Below are positions 7,342 to 14,344 of a stretch of 16,933 bases of DNA, in pieces. Where the stretch lies: positions 1 through 16,933 of the forward strand of contig JANXEU010000008.1 in NCBI GenBank assembly GCA_025058055.1, in the 5' to 3' direction. The notes beneath the pieces are model-generated. The model worked only from the letters and a program-made list of their open reading frames with translations, had not been told where the DNA came from and did not search any database. Numbering within the stretch: the stretch's first letter is position 1; every line of letters begins with the position of its first letter. The position numbers and the translations under genes are program-made. The stretch is from Candidatus Calditenuaceae archaeon (GTDB lineage: Archaea > Thermoproteota > Nitrososphaeria_A > Caldarchaeales > Calditenuaceae).

Positions 7342-8517
7342 GTCGTAGACGTATTTTCTACCATGCCACTTCACGACCAATTTCCCGCGCATGGACTGTG
7401 CTGCCACGTAGATCAGCGCCGAAAAGATCGTCAAGTGGGCCAGAGGCGTCATGAGCGAGTAGATGCCCTTTATCCCGATCGAGCTCGAAGTGCGGTAGTG
7501 ACCTGCTATAGCCGTCAACATCGGCGCGAGAGAGAGAAGCTTGACGTACAGCGGTAGGTCTAGAGCCATGGTCAGGATCGGCAGAACGACTGGTGGAAGC
7601 ATAGCCAGCGTAGCTCCCACAAGGTACTTCGTCATGGAGAGAAGCCCTCCCTTCATCCCCATTTTATCGACAGACTCGACGGTGAACTGTGTGAACAGCC
7701 TCAGCAGGCCGTTAACGTGGGCCCTGAAGCTCCCCGCGAACTTCGCGCTGAATCGATCCGACGCGTCGAGCAGTGCCACCCTGTGCCCTGAGGACTTGAT
7801 CAGCTCCCCCAAAGACTTGTCGTCCAGCAGCTTGTCCCTTATGACCTCGTGCCCACCGGTCTCCTCGTAAACGCTTCTCCTGACGGCTATGAAGGCCCCG
7901 AAGAAGAACGCCAAATCGCTTGAGGGGTCCGTCGTCTTGAAGGGCGGTGCCAGTACGTACAGCAGCGCGTAGAGCGACGGCAGCATCACCTTCGACGCCA
8001 TCGAGTCCGTTCGAAGTCTCGGCATCAGCGATATCGCCGACATCCCTTCCGACCTCGCGAAACAGAGCGCGTCCCTGAGGAGGCTCTCGTCCAAGAGTTC
8101 AGAGTCGGCGTCCGTGAAGACCAGCCACTCACCCCTTGAGTTCAGGTAGCCCTCGTGACAGGCCCATGACTTCCCCATCCAACCCTCGGGCTTCTCGCGT
8201 GCCAGAATGTATACCGCCCCTCTCTTGATGTAGCGGGCTGCCACGGAACCGGTCCTGTCGGAAGACCTGTCGTCGACGACCACAACCTCGCACTTCACGC
8301 CCTTCTGCGACGTGAATGATTCCAGCGCGCTGCCTATCGTGCGCTCGCCGTTCCTGACTGGAACCACCACCGAGACCCTCTCCTCGAGTTCGCAAGCCCC
8401 ATCTGCCCTCGGCAGAGGATTCACCATCTTCCTGTTCTTCTCGGAGATCGCTATCAACAGTATCCATCCGATCGAGATCAACGCTGAGAACGCCACGAAC
8501 GCAAGCTCTGTCAACAA
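7303..8517 (-). CDS. family 2 glycosyltransferase, polytopic membrane protein
   Basis: 404 aa with an N-terminal TM helix, then VSVVVPVRNGERTIGSALES, VVVVDDRSSDRT, PEGWMGKSWAC and GEWLVFTDADSEL (DXD). Several C-terminal TM helices follow. The start codon is non-ATG (TTG 8517 or a nearby GTG). Confidence 0.85.
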   Translation of the reverse strand: MLTELAFVAFSALISIGWILLIAISEKNRKMVNPLPRADGACELEERVSVVVPVRNGERTIGSALESFTSQKGVKCEVVVVDDRSSDRTGSVAARYIKRGAVYILAREKPEGWMGKSWACHEGYLNSRGEWLVFTDADSELLDESLLRDALCFARSEGMSAISLMPRLRTDSMASKVMLPSLYALLYVLAPPFKTTDPSSDLAFFFGAFIAVRRSVYEETGGHEVIRDKLLDDKSLGELIKSSGHRVALLDASDRFSAKFAGSFRAHVNGLLRLFTQFTVESVDKMGMKGGLLSMTKYLVGATLAMLPPVVLPILTMALDLPLYVKLLSLAPMLTAIAGHYRTSSSIGIKGIYSLMTPLAHLTIFSALIYVAAQSMRGKLVVKWHGRKYVYDLRRGREKRLLTR

Positions 8518-8603
8518 CCCGCTTTTGCAGATTGATTCTCTCGATTATTCAACCGTTTAGCGCGTCTCAAAACAATTATCCACCCTCTCTAGGTTTTTGC
8601 AAC

Positions 8604-9233
8604 GTGGGCACGCGACTTCACGGCAGGGGTCTCAGTATCGGGCTGGTCACGAGGGATCCGGTCTTAGCGTCGAAGGTCCTCAGCGCAGGCAGATCCGCGG
8701 GCTGTTCGGTCCTGTGGGTCTCCTCTCCGGACGAGCTGCCACTTCACGTCGACGCGGTCATCGTCGGTAGTGATGCGTCCGTTTCTGAGCACCTGAGGCC
8801 CACCGTGAAGGTCGGTGAGGAGGTGAGCGCCGAGTGTGCGGTTCTCAGGGCCATAGCCGCTTCGCGATCTAGAGGCGCCCCCAAGCTCGAGGTCTCCGTC
8901 GATCCCGGTCGTAGAATGGGGCTGGTGGTCCTGCTGAACGGCGTCGTCATAGCCTCATCCGTCCTAGTAGAGGTCTCCGAGCTCATCGAGGCGGTCAAAG
9001 ACGTGGTCAGATGCGTGCGAACCGACCCCTCGGTGATATATGTGGGCTCACGCCCCGGACCCGAGCTCAGGGACCTCCTCAGCGCCATCAAGTCCAACTT
9101 CCCAAGCTCCGAGGTCACGCTGGTACCGGAGGGCCCCGACATCGGCGCTCCCCTCCCCGAGGACCTCAAGGGAGACGCGCTGGATGCCTACGTGATCTAC
9201 CTGCGGGCGATCTCCTCCGCTCCCGAGGAATGA
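8604..9233 (+). CDS. uncharacterised protein: N-terminal alpha/beta-like domain plus a C-terminal RuvC/RNase H-fold-like domain
   Basis: The ORF is open from 8532. GTG 8604 fits a weak TATA-like AACAATTATCC about 27 nt upstream. C-terminal half: KLEVSVDPGRRMGLVVL resembles RuvC GIDPGSR.TG.GV, followed by VTLVPE and KGDALDAYVIYLRA (a D-x-x-D like RuvC D138/D141). The functional call is tentative. Confidence 0.45.
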   Translation: MGTRLHGRGLSIGLVTRDPVLASKVLSAGRSAGCSVLWVSSPDELPLHVDAVIVGSDASVSEHLRPTVKVGEEVSAECAVLRAIAASRSRGAPKLEVSVDPGRRMGLVVLLNGVVIASSVLVEVSELIEAVKDVVRCVRTDPSVIYVGSRPGPELRDLLSAIKSNFPSSEVTLVPEGPDIGAPLPEDLKGDALDAYVIYLRAISSAPEE

Positions 9234-10171
9234 GGGCCGGTACGGCGATCACCCGGTGCTCGTTCTTCGGGGCTAACTATTTGAGGGGGGTAGAAGGGTC
9301 GGGATGGGGCCTGATGTTACCGGACGTCCAATCCGAGAAGCCTGAGTTCCCTCTGAGGCTCGGTAGGGTCGGCATCTCCGGTCTCCTCGTACCCTCCGGT
9401 TCCCTCCAGAACGGTCTCCTCGTGTTGCAGGACGCGAAGATCGATGCGTTCGTCGATCTGCCAAGCAATCAGCGAGGCATCCACTCCAGCAGGACCTATG
9501 AGGCCGTTTATCAGTTCCTGACGAGATTGAACGGCCAGGTGGAACTCGACTCAGCGGTCCTCGGACTTGCGTTTGAGGTCCTGCAGCGTCATGACTACTC
9601 CGAATCGGCTGAGGTCGTCCTCAGGGCGAGGGCCTTCGACGTCGCGAGCTCTCCCATGACTTCGAAGCCGTCCTACAGGTGGAGCAAAATCAAGGTGGCG
9701 GCTAGGGTCTCGAAGAGAGGCGATTCCTCCAAGTTCCTTCAGGTCAGCACCCTAGGCATAACGGCTTGTCCTTGCGCCAAGCGAGTGGTTCAAGCCATGT
9801 CCGGTGACGAGTACGACCTGACCGCTACTCACATGCAGCGTACGGTCGGACGGATCAAGCTGGCCTATAGAGCCGATGAGAGCGTACAGGTGAATCGCGT
9901 ACTCGAAGTACTTCGGAGCTCCTTCAGCTCTCAGGTCGTAGATCTGTTAAAGAGGGTTGATGAGGCGAAGGTCGTGGTTGACGCCGTCACGAACCCGCTG
10001 TTCATCGAGGACTCCGTTAGGGCCGCGGTCAGGTCGTTGGTTAGGGTCTTCCCGAACTTCGCTGATGAGGACCTCCTCGAGATCGAGATGAAGAGCGTTG
10101 AGAGCATTCACAGCTACGACATGGTGGCGCGTTTCTCTGGCACCGTTCTTGAGGCCAAGTCCCTCCTGTGA
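9230..10171 (+). CDS. mptA: GTP cyclohydrolase, FolE2/MptA family (type IB / MptA)
   Basis: Motifs: LPDVQSEKPEFPL..LGRVG, NQRGIHSSRTYE (canonical HMSR region), GITACPCAK, THMQR and ESIHSYDMVA. ATG 9230 overlaps the upstream stop as ATGA. An alternative ATG at 9314 lies directly before LPDVQ. Confidence 0.75.
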   Translation: MRAGTAITRCSFFGANYLRGVEGSGWGLMLPDVQSEKPEFPLRLGRVGISGLLVPSGSLQNGLLVLQDAKIDAFVDLPSNQRGIHSSRTYEAVYQFLTRLNGQVELDSAVLGLAFEVLQRHDYSESAEVVLRARAFDVASSPMTSKPSYRWSKIKVAARVSKRGDSSKFLQVSTLGITACPCAKRVVQAMSGDEYDLTATHMQRTVGRIKLAYRADESVQVNRVLEVLRSSFSSQVVDLLKRVDEAKVVVDAVTNPLFIEDSVRAAVRSLVRVFPNFADEDLLEIEMKSVESIHSYDMVARFSGTVLEAKSLL

Positions 10172-10174
10172 ATC

Positions 10175-10990
10175 ATGACGCCGAGCTACTGGAGAACAGA
10201 ATACGCTAAGATCGTCAAGGAGTTGGGCATCGATCCCGAGCGCGATCGCCAAGCTTCAGAGTTCCTGTCCCAGTTCTTCAGGGACGTCCCTTGCATTTTA
10301 CCGGAGCTCTCGAGGACGATGGGTCAAAAGGTATCGGTCGTGGTTGGCGCCGCAGACCAAGTCTACGATGACCTACGTTCCATCGAACACGTCCTTCACG
10401 GTTTCAAGAACGATGTCTGTCTGATCTCCGCGGACAGCGCCACGCCGGCCCTGCTCGACATAGGACTCGTTCCGGACGCGGTGGTCACCGACTTGGACTG
10501 TCCTGAACCTGACCTCCTCAAGGCCCTCTCACGAGGCAGCCTTTTCTTCGTGCACGGTCACGGCGACAACCTCGACGCTCTAGGTCGGTGGGCCCCTAAG
10601 CTCAAGGATCGGGCGGAGCCCACCTGTCAGATTCCTGACCCCACAGGCCACATCCACAATTTCGGAGGATTCACTGATGGGGATCGAGCCGTGCACATCG
10701 CCTCGGCACTCGGATGCCGAACGATCGTTCTGGTTGGAATGTGTCTCAGCTGCGATGTCAGCGATCTCTCCTCGAGAGGAAAGCAACGTACGTCAACTTG
10801 GGTATATAGGAAGTCGAAGAAGCTCGAGGTGGCTCTGAGGTGTCTCTCCCTTCACAAGCGCCATAGACCTGAGGCCTCGGTCTTTCAGTGCAGCAGTCGT
10901 CCCGATCCCAGCCTCCCCTTTCCCAACCTCGACCCCGAGGTCTTCTCGGAGCTCGTCCACCGCTCGCGCACCGATGAGCCGATGACCTGA
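10175..10990 (+). CDS. mptE: 6-hydroxymethyl-7,8-dihydropterin pyrophosphokinase, archaeal MptE type (COG1634/DUF115)
   Basis: 271 aa with ISADSATPALLDIGLVPDAVVTDLD, FFVHGHGDNLDAL and FGGFTDGDRAVHIA, the DUF115/MptE pattern as I recall it. It starts 3 nt after the mptA stop. Confidence 0.7.
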   Translation: MTPSYWRTEYAKIVKELGIDPERDRQASEFLSQFFRDVPCILPELSRTMGQKVSVVVGAADQVYDDLRSIEHVLHGFKNDVCLISADSATPALLDIGLVPDAVVTDLDCPEPDLLKALSRGSLFFVHGHGDNLDALGRWAPKLKDRAEPTCQIPDPTGHIHNFGGFTDGDRAVHIASALGCRTIVLVGMCLSCDVSDLSSRGKQRTSTWVYRKSKKLEVALRCLSLHKRHRPEASVFQCSSRPDPSLPFPNLDPEVFSELVHRSRTDEPMT

Positions 10991-11031
10991 GCACCTCGTG
11001 ACCTTGAAGGCACACCGACAAGCGCTAGCGC

Positions 11032-11763
11032 TCACACCTCACGGACTTCTATCAGACTCATTATGTCTAACTTCTTGGTCTGATGCTCCCTCACCGGGTT
11101 CTTAATCAGGAGGTTCACGACCTGCAGGGGGCCGAATATCTTCTCCTCTCCCACGGCGACGTATCCGAACCTCCGCACCAGCTCAAAGGCCCTCGCAACC
11201 GGTGCGTCCTCTCTCAACTGGGGCAAGGGCAACAAGTACCTCTCGATGCTCCTGAGGGATCTGGGCTTGCTCTCCTGAGACATGTCGTGCAGCAGCGACT
11301 GAAGCAGGGATTCGGCGGTCAGGTGCTCAGCTGACTCGCTCAGGGCTACTTCGTACCTCGAGAGCACTCTTAAGGCGAAGACCGGGTCTGCAGTTCTCCG
11401 AACCATGGGGGCCTTCACGGCGTAAGACTTCACCGGTTCCTCCCCGAACGGTTCGAATTCCTCCAGCAGCATCTTCGCAGTAATCAGGTAATCGGACCAG
11501 ATGGCGTATCCGTCGCCGACGTTGAGCGCGACCAGCGCGTCGGCTAGGGTCGAACTCCTGACGACGGGATACACTCTCGCTATCGAGAGCGCCCTAGTCC
11601 TGAACATCTCCCAGAGAAAGGAGTCCAACCCTTTGACGTTCCAAGCCAGAGACGCGACGTCCCTGAAGGTGACCGCGAGTTCTCCCAACGTAAGGCCCTT
11701 TAGGCCCCTAGAGATCATCAGCAACATCGCCTCTATGGCCTTGATGTCGTCCCTGACCCGCAC
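11032..11763 (-). CDS. hypothetical protein with CBS-like repeats, distantly related to the 5649..6569 and 13435..14319 products
   Basis: 243 aa with a GTG start. Segments such as LSIARVYPVVRSSTLADALVALNVGDGYAIWSDYLITAKMLL and YLLPLPQLREDAPVARAFELVRRFGYVAVGEEKIFGPLQVVNLL follow a CBS-like pattern. Confidence 0.45.
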   Translation of the reverse strand: MRVRDDIKAIEAMLLMISRGLKGLTLGELAVTFRDVASLAWNVKGLDSFLWEMFRTRALSIARVYPVVRSSTLADALVALNVGDGYAIWSDYLITAKMLLEEFEPFGEEPVKSYAVKAPMVRRTADPVFALRVLSRYEVALSESAEHLTAESLLQSLLHDMSQESKPRSLRSIERYLLPLPQLREDAPVARAFELVRRFGYVAVGEEKIFGPLQVVNLLIKNPVREHQTKKLDIMSLIEVREV

Positions 11764-11786
11764 CTTGCGAGATAGTGCACTTTCTA

Positions 11787-11797
11787 GTTTATAAGCA
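11787..11797 (-). promoter_or_regulatory. TATA-box-like element upstream of 11032..11763
   Basis: The minus strand reads GCTTATAAAC, 25-33 nt upstream of the GTG at 11763. This geometry fits a leaderless transcript. Confidence 0.4.
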
Positions 11798-11861
11798 ATT
11801 CAACCAGTTGCACGAAAGTGGAACTCGCTCTCCCCGGGTCACGCAGACTATCCGATGTCGT

Positions 11862-11875
11862 AGAGAACGTTCTCT
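11862..11875. repeat. perfect 14-bp palindrome AGAGAACGTTCTCT
   Basis: Read directly from the sequence. It lies in the 401-nt spacer, about 65-90 nt upstream of the TATA-like element of the 11032..11763 gene. Confidence 0.9.
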
Positions 11876-12073
11876 GAGCCTACCGTCCAAGGTTCTCAGC
11901 GCGCTCATCTGGAATATGGCCAATCGACTGGGTTTCCAAAGGCTCAAAAGACAGGAACTCACGGGAGCTAGAAACTGACATAAATATGTTTCTCATTCCT
12001 AGGTGCCAATGACGGGGCCAAATTTTGGTAAAATGGAAATCAAATTAAAATAATAGTTTAACATCAAAAGCTC

Positions 12074-12107
12074 GGTGGACAAGTCATGGTCGGACCTCGT
12101 GGTGGAC
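12074..12107. repeat. three direct copies of GGT(G/CG)GAC at 13-14 nt spacing
   Basis: GGTGGAC at 12074..12080, GGTCGGAC at 12088..12095 and GGTGGAC at 12101..12107. The two outer copies are each preceded by CTCG (directly at 12071, with an extra TG at 12097). Confidence 0.7.
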
Positions 12108-12138
12108 CGGATCCTCACTGAACCTTCGAGACGTTTCC

Positions 12139-12149
12139 TTTTTTTGTTT
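12139..12149 (+). terminator. oligo-T tract (T7 G T3) on the plus strand with no annotated plus-strand gene upstream
   Basis: The sequence is TTTTTTTGTTT. Archaeal transcription terminates at oligo-T runs. The nearest coding genes on both sides are on the minus strand. TTTAAATATT (12147..12156) is TATA-like on either strand. Confidence 0.3.
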
Positions 12150-12164
12150 AAATATTATCCTCAC

Positions 12165-13331
12165 CTAGGATTCGGTTTCAACTACATTTAAAAATTTTAA
12201 ATTCTCCTTCACCTGCTCTATCTCCATGGGGTTTTTCCACCCTCTTTCTGAGAACAATTCGTAGGTCAACGCGTAGTAGGCGCTCTCGGAGAGCGGCAGT
12301 ACGGCTCCGTCAACGAGCAGGTCCGCAAGCCTACCCATCGAGCCGAAAAACTCCGTGGTAGGCACGGTGGGTACATAGTGCAGTGCCACGGTTTTGTCCT
12401 CTAAGACGTTGAAGGATTGGCAGAAGACCGGTGGTTTCGACGCCTCTTTGATCAAGTCGTTGAGCGGTGAGAGCGCTCTCTCGGCGGGTTCTACGATCAG
12501 CCACGTTCTCCCGGCCCCTCTATCAGCCTCCGAGCTGGGGACGTATCCGATCGAATAGCCTGCGACTATGCCCTTGCGAACCACGTGCTCGTTGAAGTGA
12601 TAGTTCAGGACCCGTGGATGGATGCCGAGCTTTTTGGCCATCTTCACGATCTCTGCCGACGAGTCAAGCTCCAACTCCACGAGGATGTGTATATCGAATG
12701 GGTCGACGATGTACTGGGTGATTTCACGGGCCTCCACCTGATCGATGATCAAAAGGTCCGATCCTTCGTCTTCGAGTTCCTCGCCCGTAACAGGGGTCTG
12801 CGACCAAGTGCCCTTCTTGAAGTCGAAATACCTGAACGAGGGCTGTGGGTGTCCGTACTTCACCACCCTCTTGAACCATTGATCCTCTATGATGCCCTCG
12901 TCGCTCATCTCCTCGAAGATCCCGAGGAACTCCTTCTCCCATTTCACAGGCGGTGTGGCGATGACGAGATACTCGTTCCTCAGTGCGATGTGTCCCCAGT
13001 ACATCAAGTAGGTGTTCTCTCCCAACCAGTTTAGGACATCTCGAGCCATCCGCGAGTGCTCCTTCGAGAACTTCAGCCACCCGAAGTGTCTCGTCAGTCC
13101 TAGCTTGAAGTAGTTGACGACCAGTTGAACCCGGAAACCCATCTTCGGGAGCTGATGAAGCAATCTAACCCTGACCGTTTCCCGCGGGATGCCCGTCTGC
13201 CGTGCGATGAGCGAGACGTTGCGCGGCCCGAATTTCTTCACGGCATCGAGAATCATCGCAAGCTCCCTGTTCGTGTCCACCGATCTGCGAGTTCTCCTGT
13301 GGTCAATCAGATTAACGTGTTGATCGATCAT
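12165..13331 (-). CDS. transcriptional regulator with two tandem Lrp/AsnC-like modules (wHTH plus RAM-like domain, twice)
   Basis: 388 aa. Module 1: NRELAMILDAVKKFGPRNVSLIARQTGIPRETVRVRLLHQL..GFRVQLVVNYFKLGL. Module 2: DPFDIHILVELELDSSAEIVKMAKKLGIHPRVLNYHFNEHVVRKGIVAGYSIGY. Each is followed by an alpha/beta segment of about 80-100 aa. Confidence 0.6.
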   Translation of the reverse strand: MIDQHVNLIDHRRTRRSVDTNRELAMILDAVKKFGPRNVSLIARQTGIPRETVRVRLLHQLPKMGFRVQLVVNYFKLGLTRHFGWLKFSKEHSRMARDVLNWLGENTYLMYWGHIALRNEYLVIATPPVKWEKEFLGIFEEMSDEGIIEDQWFKRVVKYGHPQPSFRYFDFKKGTWSQTPVTGEELEDEGSDLLIIDQVEAREITQYIVDPFDIHILVELELDSSAEIVKMAKKLGIHPRVLNYHFNEHVVRKGIVAGYSIGYVPSSEADRGAGRTWLIVEPAERALSPLNDLIKEASKPPVFCQSFNVLEDKTVALHYVPTVPTTEFFGSMGRLADLLVDGAVLPLSESAYYALTYELFSERGWKNPMEIEQVKENLKFLNVVETES

Positions 13332-13360
13332 TTCCTATTGTGATCTACTCAGAGTTGTTC

Positions 13361-13370
13361 TATTTAAACA
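13361..13370 (-). promoter_or_regulatory. TATA-box-like element upstream of the tandem Lrp-like regulator
   Basis: The minus strand reads TGTTTAAATA, 30-40 nt upstream of the ATG at 13331. Confidence 0.45.
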
Positions 13371-13402
13371 TATCAGCAAAATCTATCAAAACTGTAAGAT
13401 AT

Positions 13403-13415
13403 CTTAAAATATAAG
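13403..13415 (+). promoter_or_regulatory. TATA-box-like element upstream of 13435..14319
   Basis: CTTAAAATATAAG is centred about 27 nt before the GTG at 13435, consistent with a leaderless start. An alternative ATG lies at 13474. Confidence 0.45.
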
Positions 13416-13434
13416 TTTCCAAAGTGTTAATCAT

Positions 13435-14319
13435 GTGGGGTTGGTAATCAACGAAAAGGAAAACGAGCTTAACATGACACTCTCAGCCCCATTAGTTAAG
13501 AAGCTCGACCTTCAATCGGAGACGCAGCACCTGTTTTACGTCCGCGAGTCTACTCCTCTGCTCTGCGCCATACCATGGCTCACCGACGCTCGTCTTTACG
13601 GTGTTCCAGTAATAGATGAGAGAATGAGGGTGACCGGTACGATCACGCATGACGAAGTCCTACAAGTCATGAGCATTATGGACGACGACCCTAAGAGATT
13701 CCTTCAGAAGTTAAGGACGGAGGAAGTCGTTACTCCACCTCTCGTGTTCAACATCTACGATGAATTGAAAAGGGTCATCACGGAGTTCGTTGAACGAAAA
13801 AAACTAGTCGGTGTTGTCGTCAATGCGTCAGGCTTTCCAATAACTACCATAACCCTATGCGACGTGGTGAAAAGTCTGATTGATTGTGAACCGCTGAGGT
13901 CCCTCCTTGCTGATGTTAACGCGATTAGTGCTTCTATGAGGGTCAAAAAGGTCCCTATGGAGTTGAGTGTGAAGGACGTCATCTCTATCCTCACATCAAA
14001 CGGATCGTCGGCGATAGAGCTCGATGACACTCATTTCTGCGTTACACGAGTAAGTCTGGTAAACGGGCTTCTATCATCTTTCAAGTTGTATCAGTTCTTG
14101 AATCATCCGCATCAGTTCCTTAACTCTTCCGTATTAAATGACAAAGACGTACTGCTGCCGGCGCACCGAATATCAGAAAAGAGTTCGATTCTTGATGTTG
14201 GGTACTATCTCAGACGCGTTGGTGAAGAACAGATAGTCAAACTGAATGACATTCACTACATTGGTGTGCAAAGCCTCTGCTTTGCTATAGGTTCAATACT
14301 TCTGGAAGTGAGTGCTTAG
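13435..14319 (+). CDS. stand-alone CBS-domain protein (four CBS-like repeats), low-GC paralogue of 5649..6569
   Basis: 294 aa. YVRESTPLLCAIPWLTDARLYGVPVIDERMRVTGTITHDEVLQVM aligns with FTREDQPLLGSLMWMSALCMDGMLVLDRYSRVTGGITPLEAIRAL of the 5649..6569 product. The remaining three repeats are colinear as well. Confidence 0.6.
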   Translation: MGLVINEKENELNMTLSAPLVKKLDLQSETQHLFYVRESTPLLCAIPWLTDARLYGVPVIDERMRVTGTITHDEVLQVMSIMDDDPKRFLQKLRTEEVVTPPLVFNIYDELKRVITEFVERKKLVGVVVNASGFPITTITLCDVVKSLIDCEPLRSLLADVNAISASMRVKKVPMELSVKDVISILTSNGSSAIELDDTHFCVTRVSLVNGLLSSFKLYQFLNHPHQFLNSSVLNDKDVLLPAHRISEKSSILDVGYYLRRVGEEQIVKLNDIHYIGVQSLCFAIGSILLEVSA

Positions 14320-14324
14320 TACAC

Positions 14325-14332
14325 ATAAAAAT
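14325..14332 (-). terminator. oligo-T tract just downstream of the ATPase gene
   Basis: The minus strand reads ATTTTTAT, 13-20 nt after the ATPase stop codon, in the 25-nt gap between convergent genes. Confidence 0.35.
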
Positions 14333-14344
14333 CCACTCACGTTC

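Noticed and set aside
6933-7454. 173-aa plus-strand ORF overlapping the 4-TM gene in another frame
   Set aside because: Its Arg/Ser/Gly-rich product has no structure signal. The 6946..7341 frame gives clean TM helices and is coupled to the upstream stop codon.
9011-9229. N-terminal extension of the mptA ORF back to 9011
   Set aside because: It overlaps the 3' end of the preceding gene in another frame and encodes a Pro/Arg/Gly-rich low-complexity sequence. The in-frame ATGs at 9230 (ATGA overlap) or 9314 are much more plausible starts.
11450-11462. tRNA T-loop-like GGTTCGAATTCC
   Set aside because: The flanking bases do not form a T-stem, and no acceptor or anticodon arms can be drawn. It lies inside a coherent CDS (11032..11763).
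11775-11978. 67-aa plus-strand ORF in the long spacer
   Set aside because: Its GTG start sits between the start codon and the TATA-like element of the divergent 11032..11763 gene. It has no TATA element or ribosome-binding site of its own. The basic product has no recognisable motif. The region is retained only as part of the spacer finding.
11900-12070. Possible replication origin: AT-rich block plus TGGAA/TTCCA elements
   Set aside because: The TGGAA...TTCCA arms are 18 nt apart and do not match the ORB/mini-ORB dyad (TTCCA.TGGAA with a G-string). There is no orc1/cdc6 gene in the window.
12108-12118. GTGAGGATCCG on the minus strand, identical to a stretch I recall from crenarchaeal 5S rRNA
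   Set aside because: The surrounding sequence is AT-rich or repeat-like and has none of the other 5S helices. An 11-nt match alone is treated as coincidence.
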